Source: Felis catus
Taxonomy: Eukaryota
NCBI RefSeq assembly: GCF_018350175.1
Contig: NC_058368.1
Coordinates: 117,616,001 to 117,680,000, forward strand
Direction of reading: 5' to 3'
Length of the DNA stretch: 64,000 nucleotides
In this document: positions 1 through 14,099 of the stretch, piece after piece
Position numbering within the stretch: the first letter of the stretch is position 1
Layout: each line of letters starts with the position of its first letter
Notes under the pieces: model-generated
Told to the model about the DNA's origin: nothing
The model's database searches: none
What the model saw: only the letters and a program-made list of their open reading frames with translations
Made by a program: the position numbers and the translations under genes

Positions 1-448
1 TCAAGAGTCACACGTTATTCCAACTGAGTGAGCCAGCCAAGCGCAATGATATTCTTGAAAAGAGACTTTCTCATCCCCATCTCAGCATTCAAACCTGCCA
101 ATGGGGAAGGAGATGCTTCTTAGATCAGACTAAGGTCTCTTCTGTATTTCCTTCCAAGGAATTAAAACCTCTGGCACTTTCTATGGGGTATAAGATTTTT
201 TCCAGAGAGAGAAGGAATCTATAGTTAATATCTTAAATGACATCTCACAACCCACTTGCTTTTCTTTCTCAAAATAAAAATAGCTCATTTAACGTCCCCA
301 AAATATTTGAGTTCCTATCTTTCCTTATTTATTCAATAAATGCTTTGTAAGCACCTGCTGGTACTAGGTGAACTGAATAGTTTGGAATCTTGCCTACATG
401 GGTTGACAGTTTAGTGGCAGAGAGAGAGAGATTTAACAAATACACAAA

Positions 449-655
449 GGCCCCTGGGTGGCCCAGTCAGTTAAGTGCCCTACTCTTGATTTTGGTTCAG
501 GCCATGACCCCAGGGTCATGGGATTGAGCTCCAAGTTGGGCTCCATGCTAGGCATGGAGCCTGCTTGGAATTCACTCTCTTCCTCTTTCTCTTCTCCTCC
601 CTTGCTCTCTGTCTCTCTCTCTCAAAATAAATAAATCAATTTAAAAAAAATACAC
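449..655 (+). mobile_element. CanSINE (SINEC)
   Basis: tRNA-derived head (ctgggtggcccagtcagttaag), CT-rich tract, AATAAA/A tail. Confidence 0.85.
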
Positions 656-859
656 AAATAAGTATATAACTGCAAATTGTTCTCATTGCTACTTATTTTT
701 ATTTCTGCATTAATTCAACCATCAATTCAAAGGGAGAGAATAACAACAAGGAAAACTTTAGAATGGGAAGACCTCTCTGGGCCCTAAAGAATGAATAGCT
801 TGGGAAGAATGTGGAAAGACTGGACCAGGGGCCGGAAAAGGCACATGTTTGATGTTTTA

Positions 860-1075
860 CTTCTTTTTTTGTGTGTGTATGCTTATTTTTGAGAGAGAGA
901 GAGCGTGACTGGGGGGAGAGGCAGGGAGAGAGAGGAATACCGAGGACCCAAAGCAGGCTCTGTGCTGACAGCAGAAAGCCCAATACAGGGTTCAAATTCA
1001 GGAAGGAACCATGAGATCATGACCTGAGCCAAACAAAGTCAGATGCTCAACCGACTGAGCCACCCAGGTGCCCCT
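860..1075 (-). mobile_element. CanSINE (SINEC)
   Basis: Reverse head ccgactgagccacccaggtgcccc; (GA)n; T-tail; flanking tgatgtttt duplication. Confidence 0.85.
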
Positions 1076-1154
1076 GATGTTTTGCTTTTTGTTGCAAGGA
1101 GATGATTAAAGTTTACCGGGGCCTGGGGGGACAAAAGAAATTGGAAAAGAAAGA

Positions 1155-1360
1155 TCTGAGTTCAAATTCTGCCTTTGCCACCTGATAGATGGGTTGCCTT
1201 GGGCAAGTTACGTCTCTCCTTCAAGTCTCAGTTACCTCATCTATAAAATGGAAATGATAATGTTTCCCACTTTATAGGACTGTTGTGAAAAATTAGTTAA
1301 ATAATGTTCTAAAATGCTTACCAGTGCTTGGCATATGGTGTCAATAAATTACTATTATTG
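1155..1360 (+). mobile_element. MIR SINE
   Basis: MIR core ctcagttacctcatctataaaatggaaatgataa. Confidence 0.7.
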
Positions 1361-1389
1361 CTATTTCAACAAGACTGACAAGACCACCC

Positions 1390-2284
1390 AATGGGAAAAG
1401 AATAGTTTCTTCAACAAATAGTGCTGGACAAATGGGTATCCACATACCAAAACAAACAAAAAAACAAAGCAAAAAAAAACAAAAAACAAAAAACAAAAAA
1501 ATGAAGTTGGATCCCTACCTCACACTATATACAAAAATTAACTCCATAACTCCATGTGGATTGAAGACCTAAATGTAAGAGCTAAAACTATAAAACTCTT
1601 AGAATAAAATATGAAAGCAAATCTTTATAACCTTGGGTTTGGCAATGGCTTCTTAAAAGTGACACCAAAAGCACAAGCAACAGAAGAAAAAATGGATAAA
1701 TTGGACTTCACCAAAATCAAAAACTTTTGTGCATCAAAGGACGCCATCAAAAAAGTGAAAAGACATTTTTCTCTCCCTTCTTTTCTTTCTTTCTTTCTTC
1801 CCAAATCATATACCCAATAAGATTCTCATATACAGAATATATGAAAAACTCTTACAACTCAATGACAAAAAGATAATACAATTTAAAAATGGGCAAAGGA
1901 CTTGAATAGACATTTCTCCAAAGAAGATATACAAATGGCCAATAAGTACATGAAAACATGCTAAGCGTCATTAGTCATTAAAGAAATGCAAATTAGAAAT
2001 GCAGTGAGATACTAATTCACACCCACTAGAATGGATATCTATAATAAAAAATAATAGAGGTGTCTGGGGCTGGCTTAGTCGGTAGGGCATGTGACTCTTG
2101 ATCTCAAGGTTGTGAGTTCAAGCCCCACATTGGGTGTAGAGATTACTTAAAAATAAAATCTTAAATAATAACAAGGGACACCTGGGTTGCGTCCAACTCT
2201 TGGTTTTGACTCAGGTCACGATCTCACAATGCGTGGGTTTGAGCCCAGAGTTGGGTTCTGCCTGCAGTGTGGGGCCTGCCTGGG

Positions 2285-2340
<56 letters not shown>

Positions 2341-3345
2341 TCTCTCTCTCTCTCCCTTTCTCTCTGCCCCTCCCCTGATCACACACACACTCTCTCTCAA
2401 AATAAATAAATAAACTCAAAAAAATAATAATAAAAGGGAAATAACAAGTACTGGCAAGGATGTAGCAATATTGGAGCCCTCATACAATCCTAGTCAGCAT
2501 GTAAAATAGTATAGTCACTGTGGAACACAGTTTGGCAGTTCCTTAAAAAATTAGACATATGGAGGCACCTGGCTGGGTGTTAAACCTCCAACTCTTGATT
2601 TTAGCTCAGGTTATGACCTCAAGGTTCGTGGGATCAAGCTTTGCAGTGGGCTCTCTGCACTGACAGTGCAGAGCCTGCTTGGGATTCTCTCTCTCCTTCT
2701 CTCTCTGCCCCTCCCCTTCTCGTGTTCTCTCTCTCAAAATAAATAAAAATAAACTTAAGAAAAAGTTAAAGATAGAATTACCATATGATCCAGCAATTCC
2801 ACTCCTAGATATATACCCAAGAGAATTGATAACAGGTACTCAAACAAATGCTTGTACAAGAATGTTCACAGTAGCAATATTCACAGTAGCCAAAGGTAGA
2901 AACAACACAAATCTCCACTGATGGATAAGTGGATAAACAAAATGTGGTATATCCATATATGGGAATATTATTCATCAATAAGAAGAAATGAAGTACTGAT
3001 GTATGCTACATGAATGAACCTCAAAAACATTATGCTAAGGGAAAGAAGGAAGACACAAAAGGTCATGTAGTATGATTTCATTCATATGAAATGTCCAGGA
3101 TAGGTAAATCCATAGAGATAGAAAGCAGATTAGTGGTTGCCAGATGTTGGGAGGGGGAATGAGGTGTGGCTACTTGATGGGTATGGGGTTTCTTTGGGGG
3201 ATGATGAAAATGTTTTGGAACTAGATAGAGGCAATGACAACACAACGTTGTGATTGTACTAAGTGCCAGTGAAGTATATACTCTTAAATGGCTAGTTGTA
3301 TCTTAGTTAATTTTACTCCAAAAAAAAAAAAAAAAAAAAAAAAAG
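1390..3345 (+). mobile_element. Old 5'-truncated LINE-1 (ORF2 3' remnant, 3'UTR, poly-A) interrupted by CanSINEs at about 2057-2165, 2176-2420 and 2562-2765
   Basis: ORF2-like remnants (KDAIKKVKR; IELPYDPAIPLLDIYP), L1 3'UTR-like sequence, A-run at 3320-3344. Confidence 0.88.
2287..2352 (+). repeat. (CT)n microsatellite within a SINE
   Basis: Seen directly in the sequence. Confidence 0.9.
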
Positions 3346-3480
3346 GCAGATTCCTGGCCCCACCTTCAGAGCTTTTGACTTAATACAACTGGCATGAGGG
3401 CTAAGAATCTGAATGTTATACAAGTACCTCAGATGCCTTTGATGCAGGTGGCCCAGGTACCATATGTTGAGAAACTTCAC
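3346..3480. mobile_element. MER5-like hAT-Charlie DNA transposon relic
   Basis: gcagattcctggcccc...agaatctg...tttgatgcagg...gttgagaaac pattern. Confidence 0.6.
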
Positions 3481-5164
3481 TAAGCTATGTGAAACTTCCT
3501 CTGATCCTATCCCGTAGACCCTGAGCCTCTCCTTTTGTAAGCCACCTGTAATTGTAATTATCCTGAACCTCTTTCCCCCTAAACTGTAAACTCCTTGAAG
3601 GCAGGGCCCATGTCTTCCTCATTCACCATAAGATCCTCAGCATTTGAAAAGCATCTGGGCATTGCACGTCCTCAGCAGATAGAGGATGAATTGAATTACT
3701 GAATTGGATTAGCTGGAAGGGTAATCCAGGGCAAAATGGAAGGGTAAAAGGGAAAAATCCCAAGGTGTCTCTAGCCCAGGAACCCATAGTCTGTGTAGTG
3801 AGTCCAGCATTTGAACACACCTTTCTCTAGGACTTCTATCATATGACAAAGTATATCAGTCCCTGGTGTGGAAATCAGCACACTCTGGTTTGGAAAGGCC
3901 TTCCCCAGTAGCCCCTACTGGGCTCTTCATGGGAGGTACATCTAAGGAGCTCATGGCCAAGCTTGGGCGCAAGTCTCTGTTCTAAGACCTGTGGACATGG
4001 CATTCGGAGGTGCACACCCCTGTAGGCATTTCTTGGCTGGAAGACCCTGACCAGGTTTTCTTCGCCTCCTGGCTAATCCCAGTGCCTTTTGGCTGGGTGA
4101 CAGCTCTTATTCTTGGCTGCTTCCACGGTGCCTTAGAGCATACAGTCAGCAGAATGGCTTCCCTCACTGTCGCTGAACTGGGCCTGGGCCATCCTACTGT
4201 GTCCTGTGTTGACTTCCGAGGCTAAATCCACACTGCGGGAAGCGTGATGTAGCCAAGAGGGTGTCAGTGAGGCATCTCAGGGACTGGCTGGAGCCTCATG
4301 CCTGGGCCTCATGCCTCATGCCTCCCCCTCCCACAGGGGGCCTGCACAAATGCGATTCTCTCCTCACTGCTCTTACCTCTCTTGTCCAGGTCCCCAGAGT
4401 CCCCTTCCCCTCTGTCTTCTCTGACTCTGCACTAAATTTATGATTGTCAATCATATCTGCTTACCACACACGGGAGTTCCAGAAAACAGCCTGCATGGAT
4501 GAGAGTTAAGGGCACGTGCATTTACAGGGTGAGCTAAGAACCAAATCACAGAGTCCTAGATATGCAGCCATACCCTGCCCTGCAAGGAGAGTCCCATGTA
4601 GCATGTGCAGAGAAGCTTGGACTGGACGGGATATACATCAGGAAGGAATGTGTATTCAGTATGTGCTTCACAAAGGATGATGCTGTACAATAATCTCACA
4701 CTGTGAGTAATCTCTCCATTCCACTTGGGACTGGAGATACAGTCTCGGGTCTTAGCAACAATAGGTTTTATGGGGCTTGCTCTGTGGCAACCATGGTTTC
4801 TTACGTTCAAGTGGTCCCATTCAATGGTCTGTGGGTCTCCTAATACCTAGAGGACAAGGTTGTCCTGTAAGGGGGTGAATTCTCTGCACCTGTCAGGGAA
4901 GCCTGCAGGGATGAGGTAGGGGACAGGATGAGATGACCTTGTGGTCCTTTCCATATCTGGCCCTATGTTCTAAGTTTAAATGGATACTGTTGTAAGGTGT
5001 CAGACATTGTGAATCGCTAATTTTTAGTCTTTGTGCATCATGGAAAAGAAAGTACCCTCTCTCTGCCAGGCAGATGGCCTATCCTGGGAAACCTGAAGGA
5101 GCAGCTGGGCAAGGGGTGGAGGTGGGATGGGATGAGGAAGACAAAGGCCGAGAAGTGTGTACTG

Positions 5165-5578
5165 GGTTTTTTGTTTGTTTGTTTGTTTGTCTGTTTTTGT
5201 TGTAGAGAAAGAGCAAGTGAGCAGGGGAGAGGGGCAGAGGGAGAGCGATAATTCTTAAAAAAATTTTTTTAAACATTTATTTTTAAAAGACAGAGAGCAA
5301 GTGGGAGAGGGGTAAAGAGGGAAGGAGGCACAGAATCCAAATCAGGCTCCAGACTCTGAGCTGTCAGCACAGAGCCTGATGTGGGGCTTGAACCCATGAA
5401 CAACCTGAACCGAACAACCTGAGCCGAAGTCAGACGCTTAACTGACTGAGCCACCCAGGTGCCCTGAGAGAGAGAATCTTAGAAGCAGGCTCCACGCTCA
5501 GCGCCGTGCTGCATCCCATGACCTGAGCCAAAATCAAGAGTCAGGCACTTAACCAACTGAACCACTCATGTGCTCCGG
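5165..5578 (-). mobile_element. Two nested CanSINEs (5255-5465 inside an older copy)
   Basis: Two reverse SINE heads; gagagnnnnaattctta-like flanks around the inner copy. Confidence 0.75.
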
Positions 5579-6489
5579 GTCCTGGTTCTGTTGTACTCGA
5601 GCAAACCTCTTAACTACTCTCAGCTTCAGTTTCCTCATTTGTCAAATGTATTGGAAAAAGAAGTAATAATCATCCCCATTTTATAGATAAGGAATCTGAC
5701 ACTCAGAGAAGCTATCTGGCTCAAGAATTCATAGACTCGGGATTCAAACTTAGATGGTCTGACTCTAAAATAGAAGCTCTTCATTACTAGGAATTACTAC
5801 AGGGGTGGGGGTGTACAGGATGAGCCCGGGGAGGAGGAGATAGTGTAACATTTTATGCGGACATCCACTGTTAAATGTTTCCTGGTTTCCAAATTGTTGA
5901 ACCGAGAGTGTTTTAGCTTGAAGGGAACGTGGTATTGTGGGTGGGCAGGAAGCAAAAGGAAGGGAGACTCAATGTGACTGTCTCATGCTGTTTCTTTCTC
6001 GGGTTTGCAGCCTCAGGCAGGCCCCAAGCACGGGAACAGTCACGTTAGCACGTGCCTAGGGCTCCTGTTCCCCAAGATGAGAACGTGAAGCAGGCCTTTT
6101 CTGCAGGGTGCCACTGCCTCTCCCTTCCCCCCAGCAAGCCAACGTTTGGAGGCGGGAGGATGGGGTGCAGCGGTTGCCACAGTTTACGCTCCTCCAGAGC
6201 TTCGGAGCAAGATTTCCCCAAAAAGCCATATTAAATAAATAAGAGGAAATTCAGCAGATGGGAACATGAATCAATGAAAACTCCCATATGAGTGCAAAGA
6301 TTTATGTCAAAAAACAAAACATCAACATCTGGGAGCTGCCGCGTCTCCTCTTGGCTGCTCGTTTGGAATGGATTCTCAGTGTCGCTTTCCGCCTCTTTCT
6401 GGCCCTGGGAGAGGACAGAAAGAAATAAAGAATGAAGCCCATTTAAAAAATAGTCATTTTTAATCAGAAATGAACGCTGTTTTCCCCCT

Positions 6490-6850
6490 CAAGGCTGGAG
6501 GGAACGTGATCCGGGCGGCGGGGTTGAGGCGCTCGGCCCCGGGATCACGGGGAGACGGAGCCCCCTGCCGGACGCGGAGGGGCGCCCGCCCCACGCTCCT
6601 CTCTGGGGTCCATTACCTCCAGATTTCACAGCTGCCAGGCAGCGCTAGCGCGCACCCGCCAGCGCCCTCCGCACTGCGGCCGCGCTTGGCGGTTCCGCGG
6701 CGCCCGCGCCCCAGCCAGCCCCTCGCCTCCGTGGGGGCCGGGCGGAGGGCGAATCCGCGGCGCGGCCCGCTTCTCCTTTGGCCAAAACAAACCTCTGCCT
6801 GGGTTTCTGGGCAGAAGGATCGGGGACATGCGTGCGGCGATAGAGGAACC
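6490..6850. promoter_or_regulatory. Orphan CpG island (candidate promoter or enhancer)
   Basis: Abrupt GC/CpG-rich stretch with no recognisable coding exon. Confidence 0.65.
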
Positions 6851-8774
6851 TAGGTCTGAGGAAGATGGAACTGAGCTCAAAGGCCATCCTTAGCTCTCAG
6901 CTCTCAGCCGAGGGCCGTGCAGACATTAAGAGGGCAGGCTTTGGATCCTGATATCCGGGTTCAAATCCCAGCTCTGCTGTGCCAACTGTGTGATCTTGAG
7001 CAATTTAACTTCCCGGAGCCATGGTTTCATTATCTGTAAAATGGGAATAATAGCACCAGCCTCCTAGGGGACTTATGAAAAGCAAATGAGAAAACGCACG
7101 TAAAGTACTTAGTAGAGCACTCGTATACATAAAATTGAACGCTCATTATCATCATTAGGATAAAGGCTCAAATTCTCATCGTAGTCTGCAAAGCTCTGCA
7201 TAACCCATGCTGGTAGCTCTGCGGCCTTCAAGAGGCCACTGTCCCCCTTCATTACTGAGCTTCTGCTGGCTGCATTAACCACCCAAAAGCCTAGTTCCCT
7301 TCTGCCTCGGGACCTTTGCGTGTACCGTTTCATCTGCTTGCAAGGCTCTTTTCCACCCTCCACCTCAAACCAGCCTGTCCTTTCTTTGAGCCCGAATTTA
7401 CTTGTCACATCATCTGGGAAACTCTCCCTGATTTTCCCCTCCCCAAATGTAATCTCTGCCCTCTGTTCTCATAGCAGCTGGGCTTCTCCTTGCTAGCAGT
7501 GCTCCTAGATGGAATGTATCATCAGTTTTGTTATGTTTAATGTCCACCACCCCCTGAACAGTTTGCCCCATGGGGCCAGGAGCCTCTCCTATTGCAAGCC
7601 CAAGCCCTGGAACAGTGACTGGCCTAGGACCTCTATTTGTTGTGAATCACCCAGCATGGCTGGTGGGACCCTGAGGCCTGAGGGAATCTTGAGTCTTTTA
7701 TATTGTTTCACCAGTTCCCTCCAACAGGGGCCTTCAAATAGAGACACATTCTGCTTTAGGGTCAGAGCTCTTACCTCTTTGGCCACTCTGGCTCAGAGCA
7801 AACAGCTCTGAGGATACCGTCCCCTGCCCACAAATGCAGTAGGAATGCTGCCACCCAGAAGCAGAGAGGCAGGTAGGAGCAAGGGGCTGAAGGGCGGGTG
7901 AAAGCTGTACACCCTGCTCCCCACGTTGAGCTTAATGAGGAATGTTCACAAGGGTGGCAAAGGAGATCTGCAAAAGCTCAGCTAAAAACAGGAGTGCCTC
8001 TGGCTTGTGAGCTGCCAAATCCCAGGCAGTGGAGGGAGGCCCCTGCCTAAGCCAGCCTCAGCGCCCTGAGGGTGCTGTTCTCACCTTTCACACCCACCTC
8101 AAAGCTCCACTGATCCCGCTACATCTCCTCTCACCACCCCCAGGGCTTTTTTTTTTTTTTTAAAGGTTGGATTCACAGCCTTCATTTGCTCTCTTAATGG
8201 CAGCCCTGCCTGCTCTCCTAGATTCCAAGAGTCAGCCGGCAAAGGGTCTGAAGGCTTACAGGGAAACTGTTTAGAGTCTTCTCTGCTGAGGCCTGACTGA
8301 GGTTAGGTGGGGGTTCCTTCAAAGACTCGATGAGACCACCTTTCTTTGTTCAGGTCCCCTCCACCCTCCAGCTCTCAGGAATCTGCATCTTCCAGCAGTA
8401 TCCAGAGAATTCTGACAGGTGAATCTGAGGTCACAGCAGGACATCTAATGGAAAAGTCTAGCAGATGATGTCAGGCTAGAACTCAGGAAAAAGAACAAGG
8501 CTAAGGCTAAGCCTAATAATTGTTGCCATTTATTGAGTTCTTTCTGTGTGCCAGGTGCTATGCTAACTAAGCACTTTACATGTGATGGCTCAGTGAATCC
8601 TCACATCAACCCTGTCAGGAAAGTGCCAGTGTATCCCCGTATCCCCATTTCACAGATGAGGAATTTAGGCTCAAAAAATTCAAGTCACTTTCCCAAGTTC
8701 ACACAGCTAGAAAATGGTGGGAGATTCAAACGCAGGCCACTAGGACTCTGGAATCCAAACTCTTAACCACTCTC

Positions 8775-9042
8775 TTCTCCTTTTTTTTTTTTTTAAATAT
8801 AAAGTTTATTTATTTATTTTGAGAGAGTGCACACACGTGCACATGTGGGCACGTGTACACACGCGTGTGCGTGCACGAGGGGGGTAGGGGCAGAGAAAGA
8901 GGGAGAGAGAGAGAATCCCAAGCAGGCTCTGCACTGTCTTTTTGCAGCCCAGTGCAGGGCTCTATCTCATGAAACATGAGAACATGAACTGAGCCGAAAC
9001 CAAGAGTCAGATGCTCAACCAACTGAGCCACCCCTGCGCCCC
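8775..9042 (-). mobile_element. CanSINE with an expanded alternating purine-pyrimidine tract
   Basis: Reverse head aactgagccacccctgcgccc; T-tail; (CA/TG)-like tract 8826-8878. Confidence 0.85.
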
Positions 9043-10647
9043 TAGAGTCTCCTCTCCTTTAGGAGTCAACAACACAGAAGAGAGTTCAGGAAAAGGGCAT
9101 TGGACAGAGAACTGAAACATGGGCAATGCTTGGACTCAGGGACAGGAGGAGGAAGAGGCAATGGCAGACACAGAATGATCAGAAGGTAAACCAACACAGG
9201 AAATGCAGTAGAAGGGAAGGTGGGGAGAAGACAGATTCAAGTGCCTGATGCAAAAGATGGTGATTTTTGATGGGCCCTGGGGACTAAGTAAGTGTGGGAG
9301 TATCTAGCACCTTTGGGGTGTCTGTGAAGATCATGAGAATTCCAGAAAGAAAGCTAGAGAGAGAAGGCTCACTTCATCGACTCCTAAGTCTACAGTCCTG
9401 GTCTTTCCTGGATTCCAACTATATCCTGTCTTTAGGGTCCATTAAATGTCCCTCCGCTCCTCCATATCCTGATCAAATTTTTCTAAAAAACTAGCTTAAT
9501 GAATTTCTAATACTGGCAGTAAAAGTCAAAACTTATGTGGGGGAGGGCAGAGAAGGGAGTTGAGCCAACCCTGAGTTCAAGGTTTCTTTCCTGAATGGCT
9601 TGGGGAAATGATACAATTGACAGAAATAAGGAAGTGGGATGATGAGGTGGTTTTGTATGTGAGAATTAAGGAGTGGACAGTCAACTGAGTCAAGTGCTCT
9701 GGGCCAAGGAGATTGATTGAGCAAAGGCCCACTGGTGGTTAATGAGGTGGTCTTTGACGACCGCACTGACAGGTGTGTCAGAAGAACAGCGATGGAAGCT
9801 GGGAGACAAAACTGAAAAGCAAAGGAGTCGTGAAGTTATAGGAAGCAGTGTGTGTGCTACTTAATTAAGAAATCTGGCAGTAGAGAGAATGAAACAGAAT
9901 GGTAGCTGAAAAGGGCAGGAGGATCAAATGAAGGATTTTCCTCCCAAGATAGGAAAGGCTCTTGTATATTTCATAGGCTCAAAGAAAATAACCAGTAGAG
10001 ACACATATGCTTTGGCATGAGGGTCAGGTTAATTATAGTGACAAGGTTCTAGAAGAGGCAGGAAGAGAATGGGACTCAGAGCAGAGTTTGGCCTTAGAAC
10101 AAAGGGAAGAGACAGACCTCTCCAAATGAGTCTATGTTCTTGTCATTTCCTCTAACTCCTATTCATGCCTTACATTTATTTGTCTAGTGTGCAACTAAAC
10201 ATCCACAGCTGTACTCACAGCAGCTCTCAAGTTAGAACCTTCTTCATCACCTTTTATTGACCATGGGCCAGGCAATTTATATACCGTTATCTCACGAGAA
10301 GCCTACAATTGTCATTCCCATCTTAGAGATGAGGAGTGAGGGAAAAGATTTTATAATTTTTTTAAGCCTTTTAGTACTGTTTGACTTTTTCCTAGAATAG
10401 GGGCTCTTTTAACTGACCATTACTTAACTGAGGGGTAAAATCCACTGAATCTGGCCTGCTCCCTGTCCTTGGCAGGCAAGCTCTTCCTTAACACACTTTA
10501 CACTTAAGCACAAATTGTTTGATCACCTGGCCAACCTTATGTCCAAATTCTACCAGGTAGAAGACTTCCTATGACATGTTCATTTTAAAACATAAACAAA
10601 AAACTTGTCCAAAGACCTGGCATTTCTAATAAAAATTTCCACTAATA

Positions 10648-10982
10648 GGGGTACCTGGCTGGCTCAGTCAGTAGAGCATGTGACACTTGATCTTGATGTT
10701 ATGAGTTCAAGCCCCACATTGAGTGTAGAGATTACTTAAAAATAAATCTTAAGGGTGCCTGGGTGGCTCAGTCGGTTGGACAGCCAACTCTTGATTTCAG
10801 CTCAGGTCATGGTCCCACGGTTGTGAGATCAAGGCCCGCATTGGGGTCTGCACTCACAGCATGGAGCCCACTTCGGATCCTCTGTCTCCCTCTCTCTGCC
10901 TGTCCCCACTCATGCTCGCGTGCATACTTTCTCTCTCTAAAAAATAAATAAATGTTAAGAAAATTTTTTTTAAATCTTAAAA
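10648..10982 (+). mobile_element. Tandem or nested CanSINE pair
   Basis: Short SINE (...gtagagattacttaaaaataaa) followed by a full SINE; flanking ttccactaata duplication. Confidence 0.82.
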
Positions 10983-11574
10983 AACATTCCCACTAATAAA
11001 AAGCAACAAGAACTAATGTTAGTGCTGAGGTGATGACTCAGTCTTCTTGGTGACAGGTGAGGTCACTGGATGGGTCTGGATGCAAATGAGAATTTAACTC
11101 CTCTAATCCATTCCCCACACAGTGGCTGGTAGCCTCTTTAGGATCTCTGTGGTCTGATCATGCCCTTGCTTCCTTCCTTGGTGTCCCATGCCCTCAGGAC
11201 AGAGTCCAGACATCTTCAGGGAGGGGGGCTTACTAGACATTATGACCAGGCTATTTATCTCTCCAGATTAAAGGGCTATCCCTATCCCATACCACCCCCT
11301 CGCCTACTTCCCCACCACTGTCCCACTCCCCACCCAGCTACAGCCACACTGATCTTAAGTTGTGCTCTCTTTGCCTCTCTGAGACTTTGCACCGGCAATT
11401 TTCCCTGCCTGAACTGTTGCCCTTTCCCTTCTTCATCTCGCTAGATCCCAGACCTCATCATTCAGGCTCATCAGTTAAGATGTCATTGCTTCCAGGAAGT
11501 CTTCCCACCTTCCGTACCTAGGTGTTCTGATAGCACCTGTACTTTCCCCACTAAAGCTCTTGCTGGTCTCCAAA

Positions 11575-11990
11575 AAACCACACTTCCTAACATTTGTCTT
11601 CCCCTCTGCACTGATTGTGGGCTGACTCTATGAACTGCTTTAGCCAACAGGGTATAGGTGCAGGTTCCAGGTCTAAAACTCAAGAAGCCTGGCAGCTTAC
11701 ACTTTTGTACATTCAGAAGCTCTGAGCCACCATTTAAGTTCAGCTACTCAGTTGGGACGGCCCTGAAACTACATGGAGAAGGAAAGAGGCTCAGCTGTTC
11801 CAGTGTCCTGGTTGAGCCTTCATAGGACTCCAGCTGCAGCTCAGGTGCCGTCTGACTGCCACCTCATGAGAGACCTGAAGTGAGACCAGCAGAATTGCGC
11901 AGCTGAGCCCAGTCAACTCACAGAACTGTGAGAGATAATAATTGTTTTAAGCCACTAAATTTCAGAGAATTTGTATGCTGTACCAAGACA
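11575..11990 (+). mobile_element. MLT1-like ERVL-MaLR solo LTR relic
   Basis: gagaccagcagaa...gctgagcccagtcaac...agaactgtgagagataataa...gttttaagccactaaattt, typical of an MLT1 3' part. Confidence 0.65.
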
Positions 11991-14099
11991 CCATTCTGTA
12001 TTTTATTTGTCTACTGAGTGTGTCTGCCCTGCTAACTATTTTCTCTGTGAAGGCAGGGACCACGTCCATTTTTTAAAAATTGTTATATACCGGGACATTC
12101 TCTAGCACGGAATAAGCACGAAAATATTTGATTAATGTAAACTCAGACTCAACAACGAAAAATGTCTGGAACACTGGCTGTGATGAGTATACAGTGTCAT
12201 GAACAAAAGGTAATGAAGTGGCTATCTGGGCAGTAGGTTCCTGATGTTAAGTTAGACAGCTTATCTCTGTAGAAGGACTGGGTCAAATTGACTGGGCCAC
12301 AAGCCAACAACGGGGAGCAACCTTGGGAGCTGAAGAAGAGAATGGCCAATGGTTTTAGCAAAGCCAAAGGCACGGGAACAAAGTTGTCATTCTGATGGCG
12401 CTCCTCTGGGCAACACTGAACAGGTGATCTGCTGTGCCAGTGAGACTTCAGCTGCCCTTGCCATCTACACAGTGGTTAGTTGTTTAGATTTCTAGGAACA
12501 GATGTCATAATGTCATTTTACACGTGGAAACGGACACCTCATCTTCACAATTTTTCAACCAGCTTCAAACATGAAGGGCCCTTCAATGTTTGTATATGGA
12601 ATGAATACGTTCCTACCCAAATCAATAAATCCCTGATTGGGGTCTGGTGCTCTTGTCTGTAACTATCATCAGCACAAGGTGTCCAGTCAACAGACATGGT
12701 TTGACAGTTTGTGTCAAGCTCTATGCGGGACACAAAATGGGAAAATGCCATCCCTGCCCCGGGGGAAAGAACTGGGGAGACTAGACTTACACAAATGAGA
12801 CAATTAAATAACAGGACAACATATAATTACTGCTAAATTGTGTGGCAATAAATTAAGTGGTAAGGAACTGGGAAAAGCGGAGAGCAGCGAGGGCTCCAGT
12901 AGTTGGCGAGTATTCACTGAAGAGCTGGATGTGGCCGAGCCTCAGGGCATGAAAGCAACTGCAGACGAGCTGGCAGGAAGAAAGGTGCAGAAGTCCAGGG
13001 ACAAAGAACAGACCCAAATCAGCTATTTTGGGGCAGCAACACAAGGATGTGAAAGGTGCCTGCCCCAAATCCCAAAGCAAGTGTATCTCTGAACCCAGTT
13101 TCCCAATATTCGTACTCCTAGGCCTTTATTTGTTTTTTTCTGCTTGCAATGGCTTTCTCCCTTCTCCACCTAGGAAACTCTTTCTCATATGTAAAGATGC
13201 AGCTCAAATGCAATGACTTTTTTGAATCTTTCCTCAGTATCCCATAGCCCAGTATTCACGATTCTATTGCAACAGATCTATTGTTTTTCCCTACTCACCC
13301 CCTCTGCCACTGCAATTAATAGCAACTTACATTTATTAGGCTCTTCCTATGTGCGAGGGGCTCTGCTAACCATTTAAATGCATTACTGAATCCTCACAAC
13401 AATTCATGAGGTATTTTTTCCTCCTATTTTATAGATGAAGAACCTGAGGCTTAAGATTGTTAACTGCTATAGAACACATAGCTAGGAAGTAAGAAAGCTA
13501 TTATTCAAAGCAATTGTGGAACTCCAGAGGCCATTCTTAAAACACCGGACCAAGTGTTCCTCGAGGCCACAAATGCTCTTTACTCATCTGTCTTCTCAGC
13601 TTCTATGATGGGGACTGCCACATGGCTCAAAAACTGGTGAACAAATACAACTGTCCTATCACAAAACCAGGTCTAAAAGGTGACCCCAGTAAGCTGTTAG
13701 CCCAGGTGTAGACTTCTTCCCAACCAGAAGTCATGTACCTGGGGGAAAGAAGGAGGAAGGATGTCTAAGTACCTTAGATTTGAACTTGAAGTCCTTTATT
13801 TCATATATTCACATTTGGTGAAAGAAGAACCATTCTCTTCCACACAAAAGAATGCATAGATAACACTGGCTGGGGCTGAGCATGAGGGCTCTGATTAACA
13901 GGTGTTGGGGGGTCGGTGGGGGGACGGTCTCCTCTTAGGTATTTCGAAAGCAACTCAAGTTGTTCCTGTAGAGCCAGGAAGGACTACTCGAGATCCCTCC
14001 ATCTATCTGATCCTATCATGGCGCAAGCTGAGGCCCAGACAGGGGAAAAGGTCGTACGGTGGCTGCACGGTACACACAAGATGAGCCAGAGCTAGAACC

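Noticed and set aside
1611..2921. L1 ORF2-like peptides
   Set aside because: Fragmented, frameshifted and SINE-interrupted; a dead L1 rather than an active or domesticated gene.
6655..6680. Possible CTCF site in the orphan CpG island
   Set aside because: Only the 3' GGGCGC part matches; several mismatches in the CCASYAG part.
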